Shown piece after piece: positions 1-11,251 of a DNA stretch of 64,000 nucleotides (its first letter is position 1; every line of letters begins with the position of its first letter). Source of the stretch: Malacoraja senta. Lineage: Eukaryota. The notes beneath the pieces are model-generated. The model did not search any database. It was not told where the DNA came from and saw only the letters and a list, made by a program, of their open reading frames with translations. Both the position numbers and the translations under genes were made by a program. The stretch lies in assembly GCA_038087875.1 (NCBI GenBank), contig JAXLNO010000350.1:124001-188000 (forward strand). The letters are read 5' to 3'.

Positions 1-195
1 GAGCTGCCAGCCCAAGAATCCATTCAGCCCACAATGTCCATACTAGCCCTCTGGAAACCAGTCCTTTCAGCCCACAACACCCACACTAGCGCTCCAGAAC
101 CCCCCCCCCCCCACTGGCCACCAATATTGGAATTGGTGGAGAGGTGGAATATTGCGTTGGGGGACCAGCCCTCACAACGGTCCCACTTAGTCTAG
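1..195 (+). mobile_element. Non-autonomous Helitron, 3' end (element begins before the window)
   Basis: Ends ...ggtcccacttagtCTAG (192-195). Closely matches the 3' ends at 21620-21835 (+) and 4258-4490 (-). The subterminal hairpin is partly deleted here. Confidence 0.75.
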
Positions 196-514
196 CCATT
201 TTATATGTTTCTATAAGATCCCCTATCATCCTTCTAAATTCCAGTGAATACAAGCTCAGTCGACCCATTATTTCATATACTTCTCCGCAACTTTGTACAA
301 CTCTTCAAAACCCTTTCCAGATCATCTACCATTTTGTACAACCGACCAAAATATTCTCCGAACTCCTGCACAACTCTTGTACAACCGTCCAAAAACTTAC
401 AACTTTGTACAACAACTTTAAAAACCTTTCACAAGTCGGGCACAATTTTGAATAACTTGTTAAAAACCTTTCCTAACACCTACATAACCGATGAAAAGCT
501 TTTATGTGAGGATA

Positions 515-1232
515 AAAGTAAGCTGCAGGTACAGCAGGCAGTGAAGAAAGCCAATGGCCGTCATAATGAGAAGATTTGAGTTTAGGAGTAAAGAGGTCCT
601 TCTGTAGTTGTACAGGGCCCTGGTGAGACCACATCTGGAGTAATTTGTGCAGTTTTGGTCTCCTAATTTGAGGAAGGACATCCTTGCTATTGAGGCAGTG
701 CAGCGTAGGTTTACAAGGTTAATCCCCGGGATGGCGGGGCTCATATGAGAAACGATTGGAAAGACTGCGCTTGTATTCACTGGAAATTATGATGAGAGAG
801 TGGTCTTATAGAAACACATCAAATTATAAAGGGACTTTATAATTATAATAAAGTTATAATAAATAAAATTAGAAAGGGACTTTATAATAATAAAAATTAT
901 AAAGCTGGATGCAGGAAAAATGTTCCCAATGTTGGGGGAGTCTGGAACCAGGGGCCACAGTCATAAGTATAAAGGGGAGGCCATTTAAAACTGAGATGAG
1001 AAAAAAAATTCACCCAGAGAGTTGTGAATTTGTGGACTTCTCCGCCACTGAAGGCAGTGGAGGTCAATTCTCTGGATGAATTTAAAAGAGAGTTAGATAT
1101 AGCTCTTGGGAATAGCGGAATCATGGGAAGAAGGCAGGCATGGGTTACTGATTGTGGATAATCAGCCATGATCACAATGAATGATGGTGCTGGCTCGAAG
1201 GGCCAAATGGCCTCCTACTGCACCTATTTTCT
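515..1232 (+). mobile_element. CR1 LINE 3' fragment (old, decayed)
   Basis: QVQQAVKKANG, plus LVRPHLE/FWSP-type coding remnants and the CR1 3' UTR (ggctcgaagggccaaatggcctcct) shared with other copies in the window. Confidence 0.85.
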
Positions 1233-1824
1233 ATGCCCCATCTACATTATTCACTCTATTTATTCCCCTCAACATTTCATGCACTTGTAGGGCTTTTATG
1301 CAATAGTATTTGTGTTATTAATTTATTGTTTTTTTGTTTATTGCATGGTATCTATGTATATTGTGCTAATAGGCCTGTAAATCTGCACTGTAAAAATGTA
1401 ATTGTTCCACTATCAACACGGACATCCTGTGCTGGACTGTTCTATGCTCTATTCTATTCCATAACAAAGGCTATATTCCACAACAATATGCTATATTCTG
1501 TTCTATAATAACTATGATATATAAATTTTCTTATGCAGCAGTATATATGTCAAGGTCATTAGGTCATAATATATATGTCATAAGGTATATGTCATAAGGT
1601 CATAAGTGATCCTTAACTTTGGTGCCGCTGTGGGGTTATTTTGTGTGTGGACTTCTGTGTTTGTGCTTTTTAATTTTTTTATTTTATTTTATTATAATTA
1701 TTATTTTTAATATGTTTATTTATTACTTATTTCTTTTTATGTTACTTGACTGTAAGGAAAATCCATTTCGTTGTCTCTAAAATGAGATAATGACAATAAA
1801 TTGAATACAACAACAACAACAACA

Positions 1825-2147
1825 AGTGATAGGAATAGAATTATGTCATTCGGCCCATCATGTCACTCTGCCTTTCAATCATGGCTGATCTATCTCCTCC
1901 TGCTAACCCCATTCACCTGCCTTCTCCCTATACCCCTGACACCCATACTAATCAGGAATCTATCTTGCCTTAAAAATATCTGTATTTTGTATGTTTCAAT
2001 GAGGTCCCCCCGCATTCTTCTAAACTCCAGCGACTGCAGGTCCAGTGCCGACAAATGCTCATCATAGGTCAACTTACTAATTCCTGGGATCAGCCTTGTA
2101 AACCTCCTCTGGACCCTCTCCAGAGCCAGCACATCCATCCTCAGATA
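1825..2147 (-). mobile_element. CR1 LINE 3' fragment with internal deletion
   Basis: ORF 1890-2138 DVLALERVQRRFTRLIPG...LEFRRMRGDLIETYKI, followed by the CR1 3' UTR. Confidence 0.8.
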
Positions 2148-2149
2148 TA

Positions 2150-3950
2150 GAAGGAATGTTACAAAATTTTGAGATTTAAAAAATCAAGCCTGTAATTTAT
2201 CCCATCAGATAAAGCATAAAAATAACTTTAATTTGATACCTAATTCACTTTCATATCTTCAGTATTAAAAAAATGATGGCCATTTTCATACTCAGAAATT
2301 AGCATCTAGTTCCCTATTGCTTTCCCATTCTTAACACAAAAGCTGTGATCGAGGACAGTCAAAAGCCCATAACGTTCTTAAAAATTAAGAGAACTGAATG
2401 AAATTTTCAGTTATTATAGATTGAAGCATTCTGAAACAAATATAAAAATCTTACTTGGATGATCTGAAATGAAAGCATATAATTAGTTAATTACCTAATT
2501 GTAGCTAATTACAAAATTGACCGTTGTGACGGAAATAGTAATAAACACCCAGACTGCCTTGAAAATTAAAAAATGTGATATTCTCAAGATCAGAACTTTA
2601 ATATTATTGTATTATATGCTGTAAGTCCGTAACAGATAGGTAAATAAATTACAATTTCTAGCAATAGACCAAGTCTTTATGGAGAAGATCAGTTGCTAGC
2701 TGGTACATTGGCATATCATAATCAGTAGCATCATCATACTCCTCAGATTCTAACCGATAAGCAACTCTGTACACCTTGTTTTTCGTCAACTTTTCAATTT
2801 TGGCATTGTAAACTACAAGTTTTTGCTCTTGAAACCACGCATGACATGCCTTTCTGCCCACTACTTTCCCATTAAGAATGTCCTGTGGATCATCACATTT
2901 GGAGTAGTCCAAATTCGGATAATCTGCGAATGCTGTCTAAATCAGTCTCTTTTGCTGGGCATTTGGATTGACAATTTTGCATTTCTTCTTCGGAGACATC
3001 TGTTTCAAATGTAAAGGGAAAAAAAAAACACTGAACAGCTTTAACAGAAACAAGTTATTATTTGCAGTTTTAGAAAAAAGGTAGAAATGATTAAGTTAAA
3101 CGCTAAAACAAATAGTAAATACCCAACAAAAAATTCATATACATCAGTTTCATCCAATATAATTACTAGATTTAATCATCTATCCATTTCGTAAGAAAAG
3201 GCTAACATTTTTAAATAGCCTAAGTATCCAAATAACAAACTGATCCCATTCACACAAGAATTCACAATATAACATGATTTTTAAATCTCACTGTCATGAA
3301 CTTATATGCCAAATGGAAGGAATTTAATGTTTAACTCCCATAAATTAATCTAGAAACATCCACTCGCAATATAATCAAAATTATTATTTTTTGCACAATA
3401 CTGGTGACTAAAACGGTTGTGGATATTTAATACAAAAACATTGATCATGGATAGACAATAACACAAAATAAAGATGATTTAGATGCTCTTATGACATGAT
3501 TGTCCAAAAAAAAAGAGAATTTTAATCATCTTGAAAGTGGGTGTTTCTGGAATGTGATCGATTGGAACGTTGCCGTAAATTTTAAGCCCACATCGGCAGG
3601 CAAGACACGGCCGATTCGTATGGGGCCTAGATAACGTTTTCGCATCGTAAGATTAGACATTTTCGCATCGTAAGATTAGCACCCCAAGAAGCAAGATTAT
3701 ATGTGAAATAAACAACATACCTTTTGTTTTGTCCTGATATTGCGATTCGTGATGTTGAAGGCGTTGAGGGCGTTAGAAGTCGCCTTTTACTTTCAACCAG
3801 CGATTAAATTGTCCAGCGATTAAAAAAACAAAAACGGGAACAGAGGTCCGATCGATTTTTCTTCATCAACTAGCAGCCCGAGGAAATTCCCCTCCGACAA
3901 GCAATACAAACCTGCATTTTAATCCCCTCCCCCCCTTTAATCGCGAATAA
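2150..3950 (-). mobile_element. Putative DNA-transposon-like insertion carrying a small spliced ORF (class unresolved)
   Basis: AT-rich block starting abruptly at the truncated CR1 end (aggaatgttacaaaa). Contains a minus-strand ORF remnant 2658-2999 with splice signals. No second terminal repeat seen. Confidence 0.4.
2658..2999 (-). pseudogene. Small protein remnant with a Tudor/Spindlin-like pattern
   Basis: Reads MSPKKKCKIVNPNAQQKRLI*TAFADYPNLDYSKCDDPQDILNGKVVGRKACHAWF...YNAKIEKL...YRVAY...YQLATDLLHKDL. One in-frame TAG. Preceded by a polypyrimidine tract and AG acceptor at 3000-3001. Confidence 0.4.
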
Positions 3951-3959
3951 CGTGTCAAG

Positions 3960-4257
3960 TATAGGATGAAATCTTCATTGAGGCTTGTCTCTGCTAGCTG
4001 AGCCATTTGTGACGTCATCAGTTGAAACTGGTGGTTTTAATTTCAAAGTCTTTTGACTTAATCAGTAATGAGTCGAGAATAAGTCGAGAAATAAAGCATG
4101 AAATGTTCGGATAAGGTGCTCCCGGCCTCGAGGGGTAAAATGTCTACCGGAATATGTAAAAATGTAATCGTTACCGCATAGTGTTTTTGCGAAGATGTAA
4201 AGACAACCACATATATATACACACACATTACACACAAGATCAGAGTTGTATTAAGTA
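3960..4257 (-). mobile_element. Helitron-like 5' segment abutting the CTAG end of the next Helitron
   Basis: Minus strand reads CTAG|tacttaatacaactctgatc..., resembling the Helitron 5' junction ctag|tatacttttaaaactc at 28879. Confidence 0.45.
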
Positions 4258-4554
4258 CTAGACTAAGTGGGACCCTTGGGTCCCATGTTCACACGGGAGG
4301 GCTGGTCCCCCAACGCAATATTCCACCTCTCCACCAATTCCAATATTGGTGGCCAGTGGGGGGGGGGGGGGGGCTTTCTGGAGCGCTGGTATGGGTGTTG
4401 TTGACTGCAGGGACTACTGTTCTCCAGAGGGCTAGTATGGACATTGTGGGCCAAATGGATTCTTGGGGTGGCAGCTCAGTCCCTCAAGCCTGATGTGCTG
4501 GCAGCTCTCTCACGGCTGGTGGGCTGGCAGTTGACTCACGGCAATTCCTTGAAA

Positions 4555-4910
4555 TTCCATTTCAAGCAGTGTGCAAGGCCACCAAATTGGAATCCATTTT
4601 CCTACCATTTCAAGCAGGGTGCAAGGCCACCAAATTCAAGTGCAGTTTCATACCACTTCAAGCAGGGTGCAAGGCCACCAAATTCAGGTTCAGTTTCCAA
4701 CCACTTCAAGCAGGGTGCAAGGCCACCAAATTCAAGTGCAGTTTCATACCATTTCAAGGAGGGTGCAAGGCCACCAAATTCAAATGCAGTTTCATACCAT
4801 TTCATGCAGGGTGCAACAGCACCACATTCAAATGCAGTTTCATACCATTTCATGCAGGGTGCAAGGCCACCACATTCAAATGCAGTTTCATACCATTTCA
4901 AGCAGGGTGA
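4555..4910. repeat. 48-bp minisatellite, about 7 copies
   Basis: Unit caagcagggtgcaaggccaccaaattcaagtgcagtttcataccattt. Translates as the 16-aa repeat KQGARPPNSSAVSYHF. Confidence 0.95.
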
Positions 4911-5289
4911 AACCACCATAAAACCACACAAAACACCACACTCACAGTTCAGTACACATTCAGTGTGTTTAGTTGATTCACAGCTCAGACAGAGTCGTGA
5001 CCTCACCCTCCCCCATCATGCAGAGACTGAGCCACACCCACACTTCCGGGTTTTATAATCCCTCCTCCCACCGGAAAAGGTGTGGCATTCATGGCGTGAT
5101 TGACAGGAGAGAGATTCTCAACATTTTTTAAACACTAATAACACTTTTGTTTTTCATTGATGGGAATAATTCTCTGCACCTGATGAGCGGAGGGGGACTG
5201 AGTAAGATGGCCAAAAATCACAGCTGTAAGTGGTAGCGTTTTATCTAAAATCAATACAGTGCAAACAGGAAGTTGTCAAGTTTAGACAA

Positions 5290-5640
5290 ACAACCATTTG
5301 CAGTGCCTTTTACTTCAACCCAAGACCCCAAAGCAACCATTTGCAGTGCCTTTTTACTGCAACCCAAAACACCCCAAACAACCATTTGCAGTGCCTTTTT
5401 ACTGCAACCCAAAACACCCCAAACAACCATTTGCAGTGCCTTTTTACTTCAACCCAAAACACCCCAAACAACCATTTGCAGTGCCTTTTCACTTCAACCC
5501 AAAACACCCCAAACAACCATTTGCAGTGCCTTTTTACTTCAACCCAAAACACCCCAAACAACCATTTGCAGTGCCTTTTCACTTCAACCCAAAACACCCC
5601 AAACAACCATTTGCAGTGCCTTTTTACTTCAACCCAACCA
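5290..5640. repeat. 45-bp minisatellite, about 7-8 copies
   Basis: Unit caaccatttgcagtgcctttttacttcaacccaaaacaccccaaa (15-aa periodicity in the ORF track). Confidence 0.95.
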
Positions 5641-6159
5641 TATTTTCAAGTTCAAACCACATTAAGGGCACTCACAGTTGTGTTCAGTGTTATTCAGAGC
5701 TCAGAGAGACCCTCTCGCTTCCTCCATCTTGCAGAGACTGAGGCACACCACTTCCGGGTTTTATAGTCCCCTCCCCCCTCCTACAGCAGGGGCAGCTGAG
5801 AGAATGGCAATTTTTTAAAAAACATTAATATCTCTCTGATTTTTCATCGTTGGGAAATAAACTCTGGTCCAGTCTGGCGGAGGGGGGCTCTGAGCGAGTT
5901 GGTCAAAAATGACGGCCGTAAGTGGCGGCGTTCTCTAGGAAATCACATCGCAGTGTCAAAAGCGGTCAAGATCTTACGTTTAGTAATATAGATATGATGA
6001 TATGTGTAGGAAGGAGTTGCAGATGGGTGGACAAATGCCAGAGATGGGAAGAACAGAAAAGGCTGTTGGAACAGCATGTGAAGCCAGAGAAAGGGATATT
6101 GGCGAAAGGGAAAAGGGAAACGGGTCCCGTTCCGGTGAAGCACAGGGTAGAGAGAGGAA

Positions 6160-7010
6160 AAAATGGGATAGACACAAAAAAGCAGGAATGTCAGCAAGTC
6201 AGACTGCATCTAGAGAAAAGGAATGGGTGACGTTTTGGGTCGAGACCCTTCTTCAGACTGAGTCAGGGAAGGGAGACAAGAGATCTGGAAGGGTGAGCTG
6301 TGAAAATGACAGAACAAAGCAGATGCTAAGGATATGCAAAAAAAAATGTTTGTTAAAGGAAACTGGCCATTGTTAGCTGTAGGTGAGGTGAAATCGAGTT
6401 ACAGTCAATGAGACTCAACAAGATGACTGATTCTGGTATGACGGGTGGGAGAGGGATGGAGAGAGAGGGGATGTAAGGGTTACTTGAAGTTTGAGAAATC
6501 AATATTCATACTGCTATCAATAAAAGGGAGGTAGGTTGTTGGATAGTTAAATAAAATCAGAGAATGACATTTCTCAACTCGAACAAAGTTTGACAAGTAG
6601 CCAAGTGACCCGACCTGAAACGTTGCCCATATTTCCCCCCGGCACTTTGTGCCTATCTTTGGCAGACACAAGGAATTGCAGATGCTGGTTCATACACAAA
6701 AAGACACAAAGTGCTGGAAGCAGCATCTGTGGAGAACATGGATAGATGATGTTTCACAGAGTGCTGGAGTACCTCGGCGGATCAGGCCGCATCTCTGGTC
6801 AACGTGGATGGACGATGTTTCAGGTCTGAAGAAGGGTCGTGATCCAAAAAACATCCCAATCCATGTTGTCCACAGACAGACAAAAAATGCTGGAGTAATT
6901 CAGCGGGACAGGCAGCGTCTCTGGAGAGAAGGACCCTTCTTCAGACTGAGAGTCACAGGAGAGGGAGACGCAGAGATAAGGAAGTGTAAGGTGTTACTCC
7001 AGCACTCTGT
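6160..7010. mobile_element. Cluster of Penelope-like element relics (pseudo-LTR pieces)
   Basis: GIY-YIG tail MNIDFSNFK* (6480-6515, minus) matches the 58424 copy. Repeated ctgaagaagggtc...aaacgtc and gacacaaaatgctggagtaactcagcgg motifs in both orientations. Confidence 0.6.
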
Positions 7011-7740
7011 ATTATCTGAATAGTGTCAGGTTAGGAAAATGGGAAGTACAACAAGATCTGGGTGTGCTTGTACATCTCACTGAAAGTAAGCATGCAGGTT
7101 CAGCAGCCAGTGAAGAAAGCGAATGGCATATTGGCCTTCATAACGAGAGGAGTTGAGAATAGGAGCAAAGAGCTATTTCTGCAGTTGTACAGTGTGACCA
7201 CACCTGGAATAAATTGTGTGCAGTTTTGGTCTCCTAATTTGAGGAAGGACATTCTTGCTATTGTGGGAGTGCAGCGTGGTTTCACCAGGTTAATTCCCGG
7301 GATGGCGGGACTGACATATGATAAAAGAATGGAGCGACTGGGCTTGTATTCACTGGAATGTAGGATGAGAGTGGATCTTATCGAAACATATAAAATTATT
7401 AAGGGATTGGACAGGGTAGATGCAGGAAACATGTTCCCCATGTTGGGGAGTCCAGAACCAGGGGTCACAGTTTAAGAATAAGGGGTAGGCCATTTAGGAC
7501 TGAGATGAGGAAAAACATTTACACCCAGAAAGTTGTGAATGTAATGGTAGTGGAGACCAACTCACTGGATGTTTTCAAAAGAGTGTTAGATGTAGCGTTT
7601 AAGGCTAACGGAATCAAGGGATATGGGGAGAAAGCAGGAACGGGGTACTGATTGTGTATGATCAATCGTGATCACATTGAATAGCGGTGATGACTCGAAG
7701 GGCTGAATGGCCAACTCCTGCACCTATTGTCTAGGTTTCA
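7010..7740 (+). mobile_element. CR1 LINE 3' fragment
   Basis: ORF 7062-7475 SLKVSMQVQQPVKKANGILAFI...FWSPNLRKDILA plus 3' UTR. Confidence 0.9.
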
Positions 7741-7949
7741 GTGTAAAAGCTTTTCACTCCACATCACCGTCTACATCTCTGCTGCGACTCTCAGTCTGAG
7801 GAAGGGTCTCAACCTCAAAACGTCGCCCATTCCTTCTCTCCAGAGACGCTGCCCGTTCTGCTGAGTTACTGCAGCATTTTGTAGTCTGGCCCCCCTTGAG
7901 GTTTTATCTCAGGTTTCCAGCCTCTGCAGCTGCTGTGATTGTTTCCCCT

Positions 7950-8810
7950 ACCCCCCCCCCCCCCCTCCCATGTGGTGTAGGAGCCGAGGGGGCTGGGCCG
8001 GCCGCGAATGGCCTGCTCCGATTGGCAGATGGAGAGCTGTCTGTCCGAGGGGCGGGAGTACGGCTCGTCCTATAGGACGCGGTCGCCTGGCGCAGGGACG
8101 GTCGGATGCAAGGAGGGGGTGCTTCCTGGTCCTTTGCGATGTCGGGGAGGCGGACTCTCTGTCATTGGCCACTGGCGCTGCCCGTCAGTGTGGGGGGCGG
8201 GACCTGGTGGCCGGACCCGTGATGCGGGCCGATGCGTTGTAGCGGTCGACGGGAGGAGGCCTCCATCAGCGCCGGGAGCTCACGTGGGAACAGCCACCGA
8301 CTCTCTGCCCCGTGTCCTTTCCCTACCCCTTCCTCCCTTCCCGAGGGTAATCCTGCAGCCAGTGACCCAAGGCGTGTGGGGAGGGGTGAAATGTCTTTGC
8401 GCCTTCTGGTCCTCCGACTGGCGGCGGAGCCTGCGGTGCAGCGTCTCTAGTCCTCCGACTAGTGCCCCCTTGAGGAGGGAGGCCACAGTGCAGCCTCTCT
8501 GGTCCTCCGAATGCAGCGCCCCCTGTTGGTGGTAATCCGCGGTGCAGCGCCTCTGATTCTCCGACTGCAGCGCCCCCTGGCGGCGGGAGATCGCGGTTTG
8601 GCGTCTCAGATCCTCCGACTACAGTGCCCCCTGGCGGCGGAAGGTCCTCAGACTGCAGCGCCCCTGGCGGCATGAGGCCGCGGCGCACCTATCCACGCTC
8701 CCCACAGAAGCTGCCCGACCCGCTGAGTTACTGCAGCACTCTGACCTTCCCATGATGCATGTCAATTAACGGCAGTTCCCCCTCGGATTTGGGGTGATGT
8801 CAGGGCGCCG
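7950..8810 (+). promoter_or_regulatory. CpG-rich island upstream of zinc-finger gene 1 (candidate promoter/insulator)
   Basis: High GC and CpG density, CCAAT (attgg) and GC-box (ggggcggg) motifs, and a tandem CTCF-like array. Confidence 0.55.
8430..8675. promoter_or_regulatory. Tandem array of about 5 CTCF-like motifs in a ~54-bp repeat
   Basis: agtgcccccttgagg (8461), gcagcgccccctgttgg (8513), gcagcgccccctggcgg (8567), cagtgccccctggcgg (8622), gcagcgcccctggcgg (8655). All co-oriented matches to the CTCF core GCGCCCCCTGGTGG. Confidence 0.65.
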
Positions 8811-8814
8811 GTCG

Positions 8815-10770
8815 TGTTAAACTGAGTTCTTTTGTCAGTCCAATTCAAGAAAACTTGACTCAAACTCTTGCTGTTGAAATCGATTCTTTATTCTGACAGC
8901 GCTGGATAATTCTTTAAACCTTCCAACACAGAGCTAGAAACTCTGGGAAGGTCGAAAGAGCTACTGACTTTGGTACAAACGTAACACATTATATAGGTAT
9001 TAGACAATTATGGTACAGAAGGTGTGGCAAACTATTAACCAATCATTATGGTTTACCATACATTTAGCTTATTTGCATTAACCAATCAACAAAATCCTTT
9101 CCAGTGATTGACAACACGTATAGTCACATGATTTTCCCTTTTCTGGCCTCTTTACAACCCTTGCACCCTCTGTGGTTTTCTTTAACCTCTTTGCTCAAAA
9201 TCATTTTATTTCAATGAAGTAAAACCACAAAAATATAAAATTAATTCTCAGAGACCACCTCTCAGAATATAAAATACACATCATACAGCAATCACACAAT
9301 ACATACACACAAAATATATATTTTTACTTTTGGAAAATAAAGTTATTTCTAAAACTTCAGATTTAAACAAAGTCTAATACTTACAATCCTAATTAAAACA
9401 CAATACACTTCACAAATAATTTCCCTAGAACTACATAATTAAAATACAGTTACTTATGGATTAAATATGAGTTTTGCCCCATTCTCACAAAGTGGTAAGG
9501 ACAAGTTATTTCTACAATTCCCAACCCCAACTACACAAAGGCCATTTACTGTCACACTTGATAAATTATAATTGCTTCTTACCAAGCTCGGGTCTAGTTT
9601 CATTCTGAATTACAACCTCCCCCTTCTATCTCTGGACGAAAGGAATGTAAGGCCTCCTGACTAATAGCATTCCACACAGCAAATGGAAGATTATCAAAAC
9701 AGAGTTACTTTCTCAGTTTTCTATAAACATAAGAAATCACCCTTATACAAAGGTCACACAACCCTCACCTATGCCTTATCTCTTGTCTCAACATAGATAC
9801 ATAGATACATAGAAAATAGGTGCAGGAGTAGGCCATTCGGCCCTTCGAGCCTGCACCGCCATTCAATATGATCATGGCTGATCATCCAACTCAGTATCCC
9901 GTACCTGCCTTCTCTCCATACCCCTGATCCCTTTAGCCACAAGGGCCACATCTAACTCCCTCTTAAATATAGCCAATGAACTGGCGTCAACTACCCTCTG
10001 TGGCAGAGAGTTCCAGAGATTCACCACTCTGTGTGAAAAAGTTTTTCCTCATCTCGGTCTTAAAGGATTTCCCCCCTTATCCTTAAGCTGTGACCCCTTG
10101 TCCTGGACTTCCCCAACATCGGGAACAATCTTCCTGCATCTAGCCTGTCCAACCCCATAAGAATTTTGTACATTTCTATAAGATCCCCTCTCAATCTCCT
10201 AAATTCTAGCGAGTATAAGCCAAGTCTATCCAGTCTTTCTTCATATGAAAGTCCTGACATCCCAGGAATCAGTCTGGTGAACCTTCTCTGCACTCCCTCT
10301 ATGGCTATAATGTCCTTCCTCAGATTTGGAGACCAAAACTGTAAGCAATACACAGCACAAACCAGATCACAGACTATTATCTAACCTTTCTGCCTAAGAC
10401 CCAACATAAACATCCATAAATCCCCTTTATGGCACACCCCAGCTCAAAGATGTGTCACGAAGAAAGGACAAATGATTGTCATGTCCTGAGAAGAAACCTC
10501 ATCAATAACCTATACTCTAAACACCAAACTAAACCAAATACAACTTCTGACAGCGTTATAGCTGCTTCAAAGCAAACAAAGTAATCAGATCAACATTTTC
10601 ATGTTATGATAAGTCATCTGTTCTCCTGTGTGTGTGTTCTTTGCACTTTATTTCTTTGTGGAGATGTATTTCTGAAAACCCCAGCTCCCAAGTCCTTCTC
10701 TTGCAACTTAACATGAGTTCCTCACACAAAAGTTACCATCTGAGCAATTCTATTGTATAATATTTCCTCA
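8815..10770 (-). mobile_element. Solo LTR (ERV- or Gypsy-type), about 1.4 kb plus a nested CR1
   Basis: TG...CA termini (8815, 10770) flanked by a GTCG duplication (8811-8814, 10771-10774). The minus strand has TATA (about 8990) and AATAAA (about 8890) near its 3' end, with CCAAT boxes further upstream. Confidence 0.75.
9792..10351 (-). mobile_element. Young CR1 3' fragment nested in the solo LTR
   Basis: ORF 10060-10353 FWSPNLRKDIIAIEGVQRRFTRLIPG. Terminal (catagata)n microsatellite tail. Confidence 0.92.
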
Positions 10771-11251
10771 GTCGTGCTGGCCGGCGGATGGGCGGCTCGA
10801 CGCAGTGCCCAGATGCTTGGCTCCGCCAGGCCGGTGCGGAGCCCCCACTTCTCCCGTGCCCTCTTTCCATCCCCCTCAGCCCCTCCCTTCTCCCCCTCCC
10901 CTCACTTCCACCGTCCTCATCCCCCTTCCCCACTTGCCTCCTCACCATCTCTCCCCTCCTTCCCACTTCCCTTCTCCTCCCCCCTCACCATCACACCATC
11001 ATCTCCCTCCCTCACTTCCCCTGTTCCTCTCACACACCCCCACTCACCCCCTCTGCCCTCCCCCCCTCCAAGCATCAGTAATGTCCTATTTGCCAGCTTG
11101 TTGACTCTCTGTCTTCCCCTCCTGCAGGGTTTAGGAGCCGTTAGTGTGCAAGGAGAGACGGGGCCTTTGGGGCGACCAGGGTGCCGGTGAGCCCCTCCCC
11201 CTCCCACTAACTGCTCGGTGTGCGGGCTGAGCTTCGAAGAGCTGAGCTTCG

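Larger units (their letters stand above)
4258..5992 (-). mobile_element. Complete non-autonomous Helitron with two internal minisatellites
   Basis: Minus strand: A|TCTATATTACTAAA 5' end (5992), 8-bp-stem hairpin tgggaccc-tt-gggtccca (4268-4285), CTAG|T 3' end (4258). Inserted between A and T with no TSD. Confidence 0.85.

Noticed and set aside
276..515. Recurrent tgtacaac motif region
   Set aside because: Loose degenerate repeat with no termini or coding signal that could be assigned.
4444..5766. Repetitive ORFs (KQGARPPNS..., TQNTPNNHLQCLF...) as repeat proteins or peptide precursors
   Set aside because: Unit lengths of 48 and 45 bp keep several frames open by chance. They sit inside a non-autonomous Helitron with no gene structure.
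7948..8688. Overlapping ORFs in the CpG island as a coding exon (for example KRAB or SCAN)
   Set aside because: No recognisable domain; explained by high GC and the ~54-bp repeat.
10753..11207. Pro/Ser-rich ORFs upstream of the finger exon
   Set aside because: Low-complexity pyrimidine-rich intron ending at the splice acceptor at 11127.
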